A stretch of DNA of 61,902 nt, counting the filler. It is 5 parts of 5 records of this genome, joined end to end, with 100 filler letters (N's around TTAATTAATTAA, not from the genome) between each part and the next. Parts side by side here need not be neighbours in the genome. Positions count along the whole stretch, not along the records: positions 1 to 29,133 come from SRR9188676_1717; 4 more parts are not named here. One strand, written 5' to 3'. The number at the start of each line of letters is the position of its first letter. Position 1 is the stretch's first letter. Of this stretch, positions 9,511 to 18,121 are shown in pieces. A model generated the notes under the pieces. It made no database searches. It had not been told where the DNA came from and saw only the letters and a program-made list of their open reading frames with translations. A program made the translations under genes and the position numbers.

Positions 9511-9643
9511 AGATAACAGGGGTTTGGTAAAATGGGGGCGGATGGAAGTAATTGAATAGTAGTAATTCTATGAAACTTTTACACTAAATTTAAGTTAACG
9601 TATTTCAAACTTCCCCACTTCGCCAAGCCCCAAAATGTTAAAG
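9511..9643 (+). mobile_element. attC-like site downstream of the TonB receptor
   Basis: GATAAC-A-GGGGTTTGGTAAAATGGGG ... CCCCACTTCGCCAAGCCCC-AAAAT-GTTA; arms 15/19 complementary. Confidence 0.55.
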
Positions 9644-9692
9644 GATGTCACGCTCGTAGAATGTATTAGGGATAAATATTCCTTTTGCCTTG
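9628..9692 (+). repeat. 65-bp direct repeat, copy 2
   Basis: Matches 6433-6497. Confidence 0.8.
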
Positions 9693-9850
9693 AAACATTT
9701 TAATATATCAGTAAGTACTTTCGAACGTGAGGCTCTTTATTGTTTTAGGTCTTAGGATTTCCTAAGATTAATTCTGGGTTGATACGTCAGGATTAAAAAA
9801 TGGATGGTTTTAGAACAGAAATAGTGCTTGTTATTGCCGAGATTAAGTTG

Positions 9851-10057
9851 CTATGTATAGAAGATGACTTTTATTAAATGTAAATTATTGATTTGCTCTA
9901 AATTAATTTTATCTACCTCATCTGTAGTAAATTCGTAGCCCTCATCTTCGTAGCAGTGATAATTTATATCAACCTTCTTTCCTTTAGTTAATATAAGCTC
10001 GTTCCGGGTTTTAACACTGAGGGTTTTGTCACTGAAAGGACGTATTATTATTTGCAT
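9851..10057 (-). CDS. Small hypothetical protein, possibly third gene of the PRTase-NADAR operon
   Basis: 68 aa ORF starting 35 bp after the NADAR stop, same strand. Confidence 0.5.
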   Translation of the reverse strand: MQIIIRPFSDKTLSVKTRNELILTKGKKVDINYHCYEDEGYEFTTDEVDKINLEQINNLHLIKVIFYT

Positions 10058-10092
10058 GATACTTGATAAGTACTCTGTCTCTTCTATTTTTA

Positions 10093-10713
10093 TTAAACCA
10101 TAAACTCTTCATACTCTGTATGAAGCTCAAAATCTCCTAAAATGTTGGTATCGCAAATAATACCAATTGGGTGATTGTATAGTAAAAATGCAGGTAGATT
10201 TACTGGTTCAACACAATAAATTCGGTCATTTGAGTTTACATATTTTTGACGTAATTCCATTAATAACCTTCCGAGTGCATTTATTCCTTGTAACTTACCA
10301 TCTAATAAATACGCTCCCCAAAGTTTATCTTCTTTTGAAAATTCTACAATTGGCTTATCTTCGGTTGATTGAAGTACTTTACTAAACTTTTCCCAGTTTT
10401 GTGCTAACTTCACTTCAAGTACCCATCTCATTATTTTAATTTGCATCCTATCCCAATCTGGTCGACTATACTTTTCTTTATATTTCTTACTTACCATTTT
10501 AGCCTTCATTGCATTATCCTGAGAGATAATTTCATGTTGAATTTCAGGGTTAATGGGATAACGCATAGCCTGATACAGATGCTCAGAAGATGGAATAATT
10601 ACATCATTAATATAAAGGCTATATCCTGATGCCATATTAGACAAACCACCGAAAGCTTCAGTTGTCTTACGAAAAGAGATAACTTCGTTTGGGTTATAAA
10701 TACGTATTTCCAT
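10093..10713 (-). CDS. NADAR (YbiA-like) family protein
   Basis: LSNM, SEHLYQA, RPDW, IVE..KEDKLWG, G.NALGRLLMELR motifs. Confidence 0.92.
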   Translation of the reverse strand: MEIRIYNPNEVISFRKTTEAFGGLSNMASGYSLYINDVIIPSSEHLYQAMRYPINPEIQHEIISQDNAMKAKMVSKKYKEKYSRPDWDRMQIKIMRWVLEVKLAQNWEKFSKVLQSTEDKPIVEFSKEDKLWGAYLLDGKLQGINALGRLLMELRQKYVNSNDRIYCVEPVNLPAFLLYNHPIGIICDTNILGDFELHTEYEEFMV

Positions 10714-10722
10714 GTTGTTTGT

Positions 10723-11790
10723 TTAGTTATTGCCTCGTTTATTTAACGGGAAAAGTCCTTTCCAATTATGAGTTGGATTATCCCACCATAAAACAATAGG
10801 GCAGGTATTACTAATATTACTCCAAGTAAAAAACATTGTGCCTGTGCCAAATGTTTGATACGATGGGTATGTTTTACCTAACGGACGATGATTTTTTCTT
10901 TTTTGTTCATCTTGAATTCTATTGATAATCTCAATACCTTTTTCTAAAAATATTGTTTCTAAACGCTTTCTATTTTCTTTTGATGAAAAGAACGTTTCTT
11001 GTGAAGGTAGAGACAAAGGTCTGAATGCCTTATCTTTATGATTACGTGCGTTATCAATTAAACTACTTAAATATAACTCAAAGTTTATATTGTCTGTTTG
11101 TTGTGGATATATCAAATTTAACCTTTGATTGTAGTCTTTGATATTATTTTCAATCACGTAATACCCACCTATTGTAAACTTTTTTTGAAGCAAAAAAATA
11201 TCTTCGTTCAGTTGCATTTTTAAAGAATAACGAGCACTATTTATGCCCCAAGTATGGATACCAAAAAAGTAGGCTAAAAACTTTATCTTACCAGATTTAA
11301 GATTTTCTAACTGTTCTTCGGTTTTAATCCATTCTAAAACGTTATTCATAAAGGTTTTGCCAGTACCCAGAATATCATCAAGATAAATATAGTTTTTAAT
11401 TCCTAAAGAACCACAAGTATCCAGCGTTTTTTCAAATTTAGTTACTAAAATTTCATTTAGCAAGCCTAATAAAATTGATTGACTTTTACTCTTTGGTTGG
11501 ATATTAAGAAATATTGTTTCATTTAAAAACTGCTCTGTTGATGAATACTTTAAAAAGTTGCGAAGTTTTTCAATCAGACCTTCAAGCAATGCTATTGCTT
11601 TCTGTTTTGAAATATAAATACCTTGATTTAGTAAATGAGCAAATTCTGACAAAATAAACTCTCTATCACTTTCCTCGAATTGATTTACCCACTCCAGAAT
11701 ATGCTCTGGAGTCATTTGAAAATCATCCTGAACATCACAATGATAATCAGATGTTATTTGTGCTATTTGTTCTGCTAATTCTTCCATCAT
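10723..11790 (-). CDS. Phosphoribosyltransferase-like protein (PRTase-CE type)
   Basis: PRPP-binding loop YIYLDDILGTGKT; C-terminal RPLG...FG.G...ISNTCPIVLWW...W.GLFP. Confidence 0.78.
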   Translation of the reverse strand: MMEELAEQIAQITSDYHCDVQDDFQMTPEHILEWVNQFEESDREFILSEFAHLLNQGIYISKQKAIALLEGLIEKLRNFLKYSSTEQFLNETIFLNIQPKSKSQSILLGLLNEILVTKFEKTLDTCGSLGIKNYIYLDDILGTGKTFMNNVLEWIKTEEQLENLKSGKIKFLAYFFGIHTWGINSARYSLKMQLNEDIFLLQKKFTIGGYYVIENNIKDYNQRLNLIYPQQTDNINFELYLSSLIDNARNHKDKAFRPLSLPSQETFFSSKENRKRLETIFLEKGIEIINRIQDEQKRKNHRPLGKTYPSYQTFGTGTMFFTWSNISNTCPIVLWWDNPTHNWKGLFPLNKRGNN

Positions 11791-12057
11791 ATATAATATA
11801 TATCTTTACTCACCCATCTCGCTCCACCACTACTTGCCTCTTTATCAACACTGAATTAACGCTATGTTATAGCCAAACATGTTATAATGTGTAGAAAAAG
11901 ATGTATAATCTTGAGAAGACAGAGTAATAGGTGGATTGTTTAAGTAATTGTAAATTTTCCAACTATTTATTCATCGTTTACGTCCAAATCAAAAGTTATG
12001 GCATTTGACATAAATGATGAAAGAAAAAATAACACTTCAGTAATTTGCTGAGAATGC

Positions 12058-13545
12058 TTACTTCACTGCCAAAGCCGAAATAATGCTTCTAAAACTTTCT
12101 AAACCTGCTTCTAAGTTTTCGATGATGTCTTCTGCTAATACTTCTGGGTCTGGTAAGTTGTCAAGGTCGGCCAAGGATTTGTCTTTGAGCCAAGTGATGT
12201 CTAAACTGGTTTTATCTCTGTCGATGATTTCTTGGTAACTAAATTTTCTCCAACGTCCTTCGGGATTATTTTCAGGATGAAAAGTTTCTTTTCTTAAAAA
12301 GCGATTGCTCGGATGATAACAAGTAATAAAATCTTGTAGGTCTTCCAGTTTAAGTGGATTTTTCTTTAAAGTATGATGAATATTGGTACGGTAATCATAC
12401 ACCCAAATTTCTTTGGTCGAAGGCTCTTTACTGGCTGGTCTGTTATCAAAAAACAATACATTTGCCTTTACACCATGAGCATAAAATATGCCTGTTGGTA
12501 AACGCAAAATGGTATGTAAATCGGTGGTTTCTAATAATTTTTTACGCAATATTTCGCCTGCTCCACCTTCAAAAAGAACGTTATCGGGCAGCACGACCGC
12601 CGCAATGCCTGTGGTTTTCAGCATGGTACGGATATGCTGTACAAAGTTGAGTTGTTTGTTGCTGGTTGTCACCCAAAAATCTTGACGATTGTAAGTCAAA
12701 TCCTCTTTTTCTTGTTCGCCTTCGTTGTTGGTAAAGGTCTGGCTACTTTTTTTGCCAAAAGGTGGATTGGCTAAAATATAGTCATAAGTGCTTGGAGAAG
12801 CCGCTATCAAAGCATCAGTAGGCGAAATAAAGTTATCACTTTCAATATCTCCGATATTATGTAAAAATAAATTCATCAAAGCCATTCTACGGGTAGAGGC
12901 TACGATTTCATTTCCGAAAAAAGTACTATGCTTTAAAAAAGTATTTTGTTCTTTATCTAAACGATGATTGGCTACCAAGTAATCATAAGCCGCCAAAAAG
13001 AAACCACCCGTACCACAAGCTGGGTCGGCAATGGTTTTCATGGGTTGCGGACGCACACACTCTACCATGGCTCTAATCAGTGGGCGAGGAGTGAAGTACT
13101 GCCCTGCACCACTTTTTACATCTTGGGCATTTTGTTCTAAGAGTTTTTCATAAATATCTCCTTTTACATCTGCTCCCATTACCAACCATTGCTCTTTATC
13201 TATCATATCAATGATTTTGGCAAGCATGGCTGGGTCTTGGATTTTATTTTGACTTTTCGTGAAAATCTGCCCCAAAATCCCTTTCTGTGTACTTAGTTCA
13301 CGCAGTAGTGTGGCGTAATGCAATTCTAATTCTGCTCCTTTTTTTGCCGTAAGGCTTTCCCAATTGTATTCTATCGGAATATTTAGTTTACGATTATGCG
13401 GTGGCTTGCTGTATTCATCAGCCATTTTCAAAAACAACAAATAAGTAAGTTGCTCTAAATAATCCCCATAACCCACGCCTACATCTCTCAAAGGATTGCA
13501 GAACGACCAAACCTTACTTACGATACTTGATGTACTTTGTGTCAT
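12058..13545 (-). CDS. hsdM: Type I R-M methyltransferase subunit M (m6A)
   Basis: YLEQLTYLLFLKM, GAGQYFTPR, DPACGTGG, NPPF; start taken at MTQSTSS. Confidence 0.96.
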   Translation of the reverse strand: MTQSTSSIVSKVWSFCNPLRDVGVGYGDYLEQLTYLLFLKMADEYSKPPHNRKLNIPIEYNWESLTAKKGAELELHYATLLRELSTQKGILGQIFTKSQNKIQDPAMLAKIIDMIDKEQWLVMGADVKGDIYEKLLEQNAQDVKSGAGQYFTPRPLIRAMVECVRPQPMKTIADPACGTGGFFLAAYDYLVANHRLDKEQNTFLKHSTFFGNEIVASTRRMALMNLFLHNIGDIESDNFISPTDALIAASPSTYDYILANPPFGKKSSQTFTNNEGEQEKEDLTYNRQDFWVTTSNKQLNFVQHIRTMLKTTGIAAVVLPDNVLFEGGAGEILRKKLLETTDLHTILRLPTGIFYAHGVKANVLFFDNRPASKEPSTKEIWVYDYRTNIHHTLKKNPLKLEDLQDFITCYHPSNRFLRKETFHPENNPEGRWRKFSYQEIIDRDKTSLDITWLKDKSLADLDNLPDPEVLAEDIIENLEAGLESFRSIISALAVK

Positions 13546-15329
13546 ATTTTCCAAATTTTCATTGCTATTTCTGTTAATTCTTCGGCTCTTTTCTCAACTT
13601 GTGAAAATTTAAACTCAGAATATTTCAATACTAATTCTTTAGTTAATTTTATGTCTGATAATTCATAGCACTTCTTTTTTGCCTCAAATGGATTATTTGA
13701 GGCAATTATATTTAATTCTCCTGCCAATAAAGTCATATTACCGATTTTACTTACATATTTTTTATGTTTAAATGCAGCATTTTCACCTAAATATGCTTCC
13801 CAATCTCCATATTTCCTTTTCCAATTATTTGGCTTTATTTTTTCAGGGATAATGTGTTCAAGGTGAACTTCATTTCCTGAATTTAGGGTGAACTCTCTTG
13901 TATTACCACGTAAAAAATACTCTATTTCAGATAAAACGTATTTTGCTCTTGGTATGAGAATTCCTACGAAGTCATGTTTGGGAAAACTATCTTCAAAATC
14001 TATATTTTCAGGATAGTATTCTTGCAATTGCTCTTTAATCTGTTCTATTAAGTTCTCTTCACTCAGTCTAAGAAGTTTAGCAAAAATATTATCATTCTCA
14101 GATGTCCTTTTATTACAAATGTGCCTTCTGAGCATGAACACTTCAAAAATTCTTAGCACTTCTAATTTTTCAGTTTCGTCATCATTTTTTTGAAGATAGA
14201 ACATTAGATATATGTATGAAGGATAAGAAAGTATTGAAGCTAGATTTTTTAACCTTCTGTTAATCTTTACACTTGAAAATTCTTGGCGAATGATTTTGCG
14301 ATAGCAATTAGAGGCTAATGAAATCTTTTTAAGAAAATCTTCAATTGATAATCTACTATTTTCATTTGGCTTACCCTCAGACTCTTTATTTTCATCATCA
14401 TGGTCTATTTCTTCGATTTCAATTTCCTCATCATCGGATTTATCCGATTCAGAAAAATAAGAGAATTCTCCCAATAGCTCAGTATGCTCTACATTTTTAA
14501 TGTAATACTTTTTGAACTCTTCAACCAACTTACTTTGAGGAATTTTTCGAGTTAATATTCCACACATATACTGTCTAAAAAAGTCATCTGTATCAATATC
14601 ATCTAGTGAAACTATGATATTTGACCAAAGTTCTTTCGCATCATCTAAGGTTGCTTGACTTACTTTGGCAGCATGACCAAGAATGAAATTTTTGAGTAAA
14701 TCAGTTGGAGAAAGTCGAAGACCTCTATTGTTGATTGTTTCAAACAGTTTATAAGCATCTTTTGCCATACCCACATTCAGTCGAATAATGATGGCTACGT
14801 TAGTCAATTTATAAAAGAATTTATTGAGCCAATCTTTATCCTTGTTTTTAATTTGCTCTCTGTACCAAATAGAGGCATACTCCAAATTTTTATTAAAAAG
14901 CTCGTCTAAGTCACCTTTAAGGATTTTCTGATAATCTTTGTTATCTAATTCACCCAGAACCAATTTGCTTTTCTCTATATCATCGTATCCTTTGCAATAT
15001 AGCATTCTATTTATATCATCAACTTTTGATTGATTTTCAAGAACCTTATAACGGTTTCTAATAGCAATCATTAATAAGGATATAGTTGTCATGCGTTGTT
15101 GCCCATCAACTAACTCTGCTGTATTTACGCCTTGATTTGTATTGCTGTGTAAAATTAACATTCCGAAAAGATGACCATCATCATCTCGAAGCATATCAAT
15201 ATCTTCAAATAAAGCGGCTACTTGATTATGACCCCAAGCGTATCTTCTTTGATAGCTTGGAATTATAAATTGTTCAGATTGAATACTTAGCAGTTGGGAT
15301 AAATTAAGGTCTTTTGAATTAATTTGCAT
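13542..15329 (-). CDS. GmrSD-like DUF262/DUF1524 modification-dependent endonuclease
   Basis: IPSYQRRYAW, LVDGQQR, FETINNRG, HNH-type EHIIPE...IGNMTLL...LN. Confidence 0.9.
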   Translation of the reverse strand: MQINSKDLNLSQLLSIQSEQFIIPSYQRRYAWGHNQVAALFEDIDMLRDDDGHLFGMLILHSNTNQGVNTAELVDGQQRMTTISLLMIAIRNRYKVLENQSKVDDINRMLYCKGYDDIEKSKLVLGELDNKDYQKILKGDLDELFNKNLEYASIWYREQIKNKDKDWLNKFFYKLTNVAIIIRLNVGMAKDAYKLFETINNRGLRLSPTDLLKNFILGHAAKVSQATLDDAKELWSNIIVSLDDIDTDDFFRQYMCGILTRKIPQSKLVEEFKKYYIKNVEHTELLGEFSYFSESDKSDDEEIEIEEIDHDDENKESEGKPNENSRLSIEDFLKKISLASNCYRKIIRQEFSSVKINRRLKNLASILSYPSYIYLMFYLQKNDDETEKLEVLRIFEVFMLRRHICNKRTSENDNIFAKLLRLSEENLIEQIKEQLQEYYPENIDFEDSFPKHDFVGILIPRAKYVLSEIEYFLRGNTREFTLNSGNEVHLEHIIPEKIKPNNWKRKYGDWEAYLGENAAFKHKKYVSKIGNMTLLAGELNIIASNNPFEAKKKCYELSDIKLTKELVLKYSEFKFSQVEKRAEELTEIAMKIWKI

Positions 15330-15354
15330 AAATAATATTTGTGTAATTTAGTGT

Positions 15355-15397
15355 TTTTTAAACCAACAACTCCTCAGTTGCCTTTTCCGAAATACTC
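15355..15397 (-). pseudogene. Remnant of an hsdS 3' end
   Basis: 33/43 nt identical to 16792-16834; reads SISEKATEELLV* versus SILKKAFEGQLV*. Confidence 0.65.
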
Positions 15398-15472
15398 CAT
15401 TAAAATCCCGCCACGGATTGCAAAATGCTTAAACTATAATTGATGTATTGTCAATCATTTTAATCTCGTATT

Positions 15473-16780
15473 TTAAATAAACATAGATTGTTTTTCTTTT
15501 CTAATAACATCATATTCATTCCAGGATAAATATGCGTTATTTATAAAATCCCATATTATCTTCTTTATCAGATTTTTAAAAAAAATGAATAATTCCTCTC
15601 GTTGCTCTTTATCAATCATCAAATCCTCTAAAGACTTTCCTTTATGGACAATCTCAGTTCTTATGTCTTCTGAAAGAAATCTAAATTTTTCAGATAAATT
15701 ATGATAGTCTGTTTTATTTTTTGCGATGTAAGTTATAATTTTCCCTTTCAACTTTTTAAAAGTTTCATATTCAAACGGATTCCCGAGAAATTCTATAAGA
15801 GTCATAATCTGTGTAAATTTTAATGATTCATTATCAGATTCAGCTATACTTGCATTGAGTTTAAGAGCGTATTTAATCAATTTGCCTACTTCTCCAAGTT
15901 CATCTTCGTTATCAACCAAGATACCTGAATTATTCATTACAAACGTTTCGCTAAATTCCAATCCCACACCTTTGACAAGGGTTTTAATTTCAACTTCTCT
16001 TGATTGAAAGAAAGCTATATTATAAGCTGAGAAATGCACCATTGCCACCGAGTGACGGTCATTCCATAATCCAGCTCTTGCTGGCAACCTCTCAGGAATA
16101 GTGTAATTACAAGAAAGGAATTTTATAATATCTAAAACTTTGTCAGCTTTTTGTGAATACGATTTAATTAAACTGACATCATCTATTTGACTAAGCTTTA
16201 CGTAATCTTCAATACGAATCTTGTCACGAAATACGATTAATGGAAAATCGTTAAACAACTCTTTTTTGATACCTGTGTACCAAGTAATATAATCTCTGTT
16301 GCTAATATTTTGTGATTTTGTGATTTCACTTAAATCTACATCTTCAAAATTTATTAAATCTTCACCATTCAGGTTTTTTAAATTTATTTTATGGACTTGG
16401 AATTCACCTGCTGGAAATAAACACATCTGCTTACTGTAAACTGTATCATTTATCAATAATCTGCTAAGAGGCAAAATTACAATTTGCTCAGATGTTAAGA
16501 AATTGTCAAAATTTAACTCTTCATCTTCTTTATAAACCTTTATATTCATCCATGGGAAAGCTAATTCAAAATCGAACAAATCTTCTTCTGAATCTTGTAA
16601 ATTAAAAGTAAGTCCATCTCCTTCTGGAAATCGACTTATCCAATAATTTTTGCTTTGTAAATAATGGATACCCTTTTGCAAATCACGTTCAGGGTACAGA
16701 TAAGGAGGCATCCATAATAGATTTCCATAATTTAAATTTCCATGAAAATCTTTATGTGAAAATTTAATTACACAGTTCAT
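15473..16780 (-). CDS. Hypothetical protein with C-terminal HEPN (ApeA-like) RNase motif
   Basis: 435 aa; helical C-terminus KFTQIMTLIEFL...IRTEIVHKG with Rx4H. Confidence 0.65.
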   Translation of the reverse strand: MNCVIKFSHKDFHGNLNYGNLLWMPPYLYPERDLQKGIHYLQSKNYWISRFPEGDGLTFNLQDSEEDLFDFELAFPWMNIKVYKEDEELNFDNFLTSEQIVILPLSRLLINDTVYSKQMCLFPAGEFQVHKINLKNLNGEDLINFEDVDLSEITKSQNISNRDYITWYTGIKKELFNDFPLIVFRDKIRIEDYVKLSQIDDVSLIKSYSQKADKVLDIIKFLSCNYTIPERLPARAGLWNDRHSVAMVHFSAYNIAFFQSREVEIKTLVKGVGLEFSETFVMNNSGILVDNEDELGEVGKLIKYALKLNASIAESDNESLKFTQIMTLIEFLGNPFEYETFKKLKGKIITYIAKNKTDYHNLSEKFRFLSEDIRTEIVHKGKSLEDLMIDKEQREELFIFFKNLIKKIIWDFINNAYLSWNEYDVIRKEKQSMFI

Positions 16781-16794
16781 ATCTTTTCAAATTT

Positions 16795-18027
16795 TTAAAC
16801 CAACTGCCCCTCAAATGCCTTCTTTAATATACTCTGCCGTAAGGTTTCGCTTTGGGCAAGGCTTTGGCTAATGGTTTCCTCAATCTTATCGCAAATTGTT
16901 AATTTACTTTCTAATTCTTCTATGATGCGATTTTGTTCATCTATTGGAGGAATTGGGATTTCAATCTTTAAAAATTTGGATTGTGTTAAATTTAAACCAC
17001 TATCGCTGATTCCAGATTTCATTTTTTCAATTTCACGTTGATAAAATGGGGTGTTAAGAACTAATTCAAAATACTCTGGCTTAACCATTTTGATATTAAC
17101 CTTAATCCTATAAACTTTATCACTATTAATTAATTTGGGTCTTGTACTTTTTATCATACAACAAACACCAACTCTTATTCGTGGACCTGCACGTGTAATA
17201 AGAATATCCCCCATTTTCAATTCGTGTTGCTCTCTTGGTTTTAAATTGGTTGGTAATACTTTATTTTCATGAGCCATAAAATGTCCATTTTGTACTGCAC
17301 TTGTTTTTATAACAGCCCATTCATTTTCATTTATGGAGTATTCATTGAGGCATTTTGGACTCCAACCTTGGTCAAGTTTGTTAATAACGGATTCTATTGA
17401 TTGACAATTTTTGCCTGTAACAATTGTATTCAACAAACTTTGGCGATATACTTTTAATTGTCCCTGTGCTGTCAGTAATTGTTGTTTCCCATTCTCTAAA
17501 TCACTAAGTAATTCTTCTATTTTGGCCACGATGGCGGTTTGTTCGGATAGGGGAGGGTAAGGAAAAGGTTGAGAAAATACATCTTTATCACGAATTGCAG
17601 GATATGAACTACCTGTCTGTAATTCATTTAATGGTTGGAGAAATTTATGAGATAAAGAGTAATAAAAAATAAATTTAGGATTAATGATTTCCTTATTTGC
17701 CCTGATAACACAAAATCCAGAAGAAGCAATTTGACCATCATAAATCTGATTATTAACTATTGCAATATTCTTCATGTAGGTTCTTACAGTAGAAAATAAA
17801 ATATCATCTAAATGGACAATTTGCTGAGCTCTTGAAGGGGCATTTTCCCAAATGAAATTTTTATGAGATAAAACTACATTGGTAAGGTTATCAATACCAC
17901 CAATGTCTAAATAAAGTAGTTCTTCATCAAGTTTTTTTTCCTTTCTTTTTACTGTCTGTACTTTTAAACAAACCTCACTTAACTTTTTAACTTCCCAACC
18001 TTTGGGTAATTTTGTTTTTTCTATCAT
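16795..18027 (-). CDS. hsdS: Type I R-M specificity subunit S
   Basis: LPKGWEVKKL, two TRDs, PPLSEQTAIV and PPIDEQNRII, SILKKAFEGQL. Confidence 0.96.
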   Translation of the reverse strand: MIEKTKLPKGWEVKKLSEVCLKVQTVKRKEKKLDEELLYLDIGGIDNLTNVVLSHKNFIWENAPSRAQQIVHLDDILFSTVRTYMKNIAIVNNQIYDGQIASSGFCVIRANKEIINPKFIFYYSLSHKFLQPLNELQTGSSYPAIRDKDVFSQPFPYPPLSEQTAIVAKIEELLSDLENGKQQLLTAQGQLKVYRQSLLNTIVTGKNCQSIESVINKLDQGWSPKCLNEYSINENEWAVIKTSAVQNGHFMAHENKVLPTNLKPREQHELKMGDILITRAGPRIRVGVCCMIKSTRPKLINSDKVYRIKVNIKMVKPEYFELVLNTPFYQREIEKMKSGISDSGLNLTQSKFLKIEIPIPPIDEQNRIIEELESKLTICDKIEETISQSLAQSETLRQSILKKAFEGQLV

Positions 18028-18121
18028 GCTTAAATAAGAATGTTCTTGTGCTAAAGCTGTAATTTCATTTACTGTTATTAGCTTTTTTATAAATTAAGTA
18101 TTTGTTTATTAGGTGTAATTG

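Noticed and set aside
10093-10713. Canonical DarTG1 system
   Set aside because: No DarT-like ADP-ribosyltransferase recognised next to the NADAR; its neighbour has a PRTase motif
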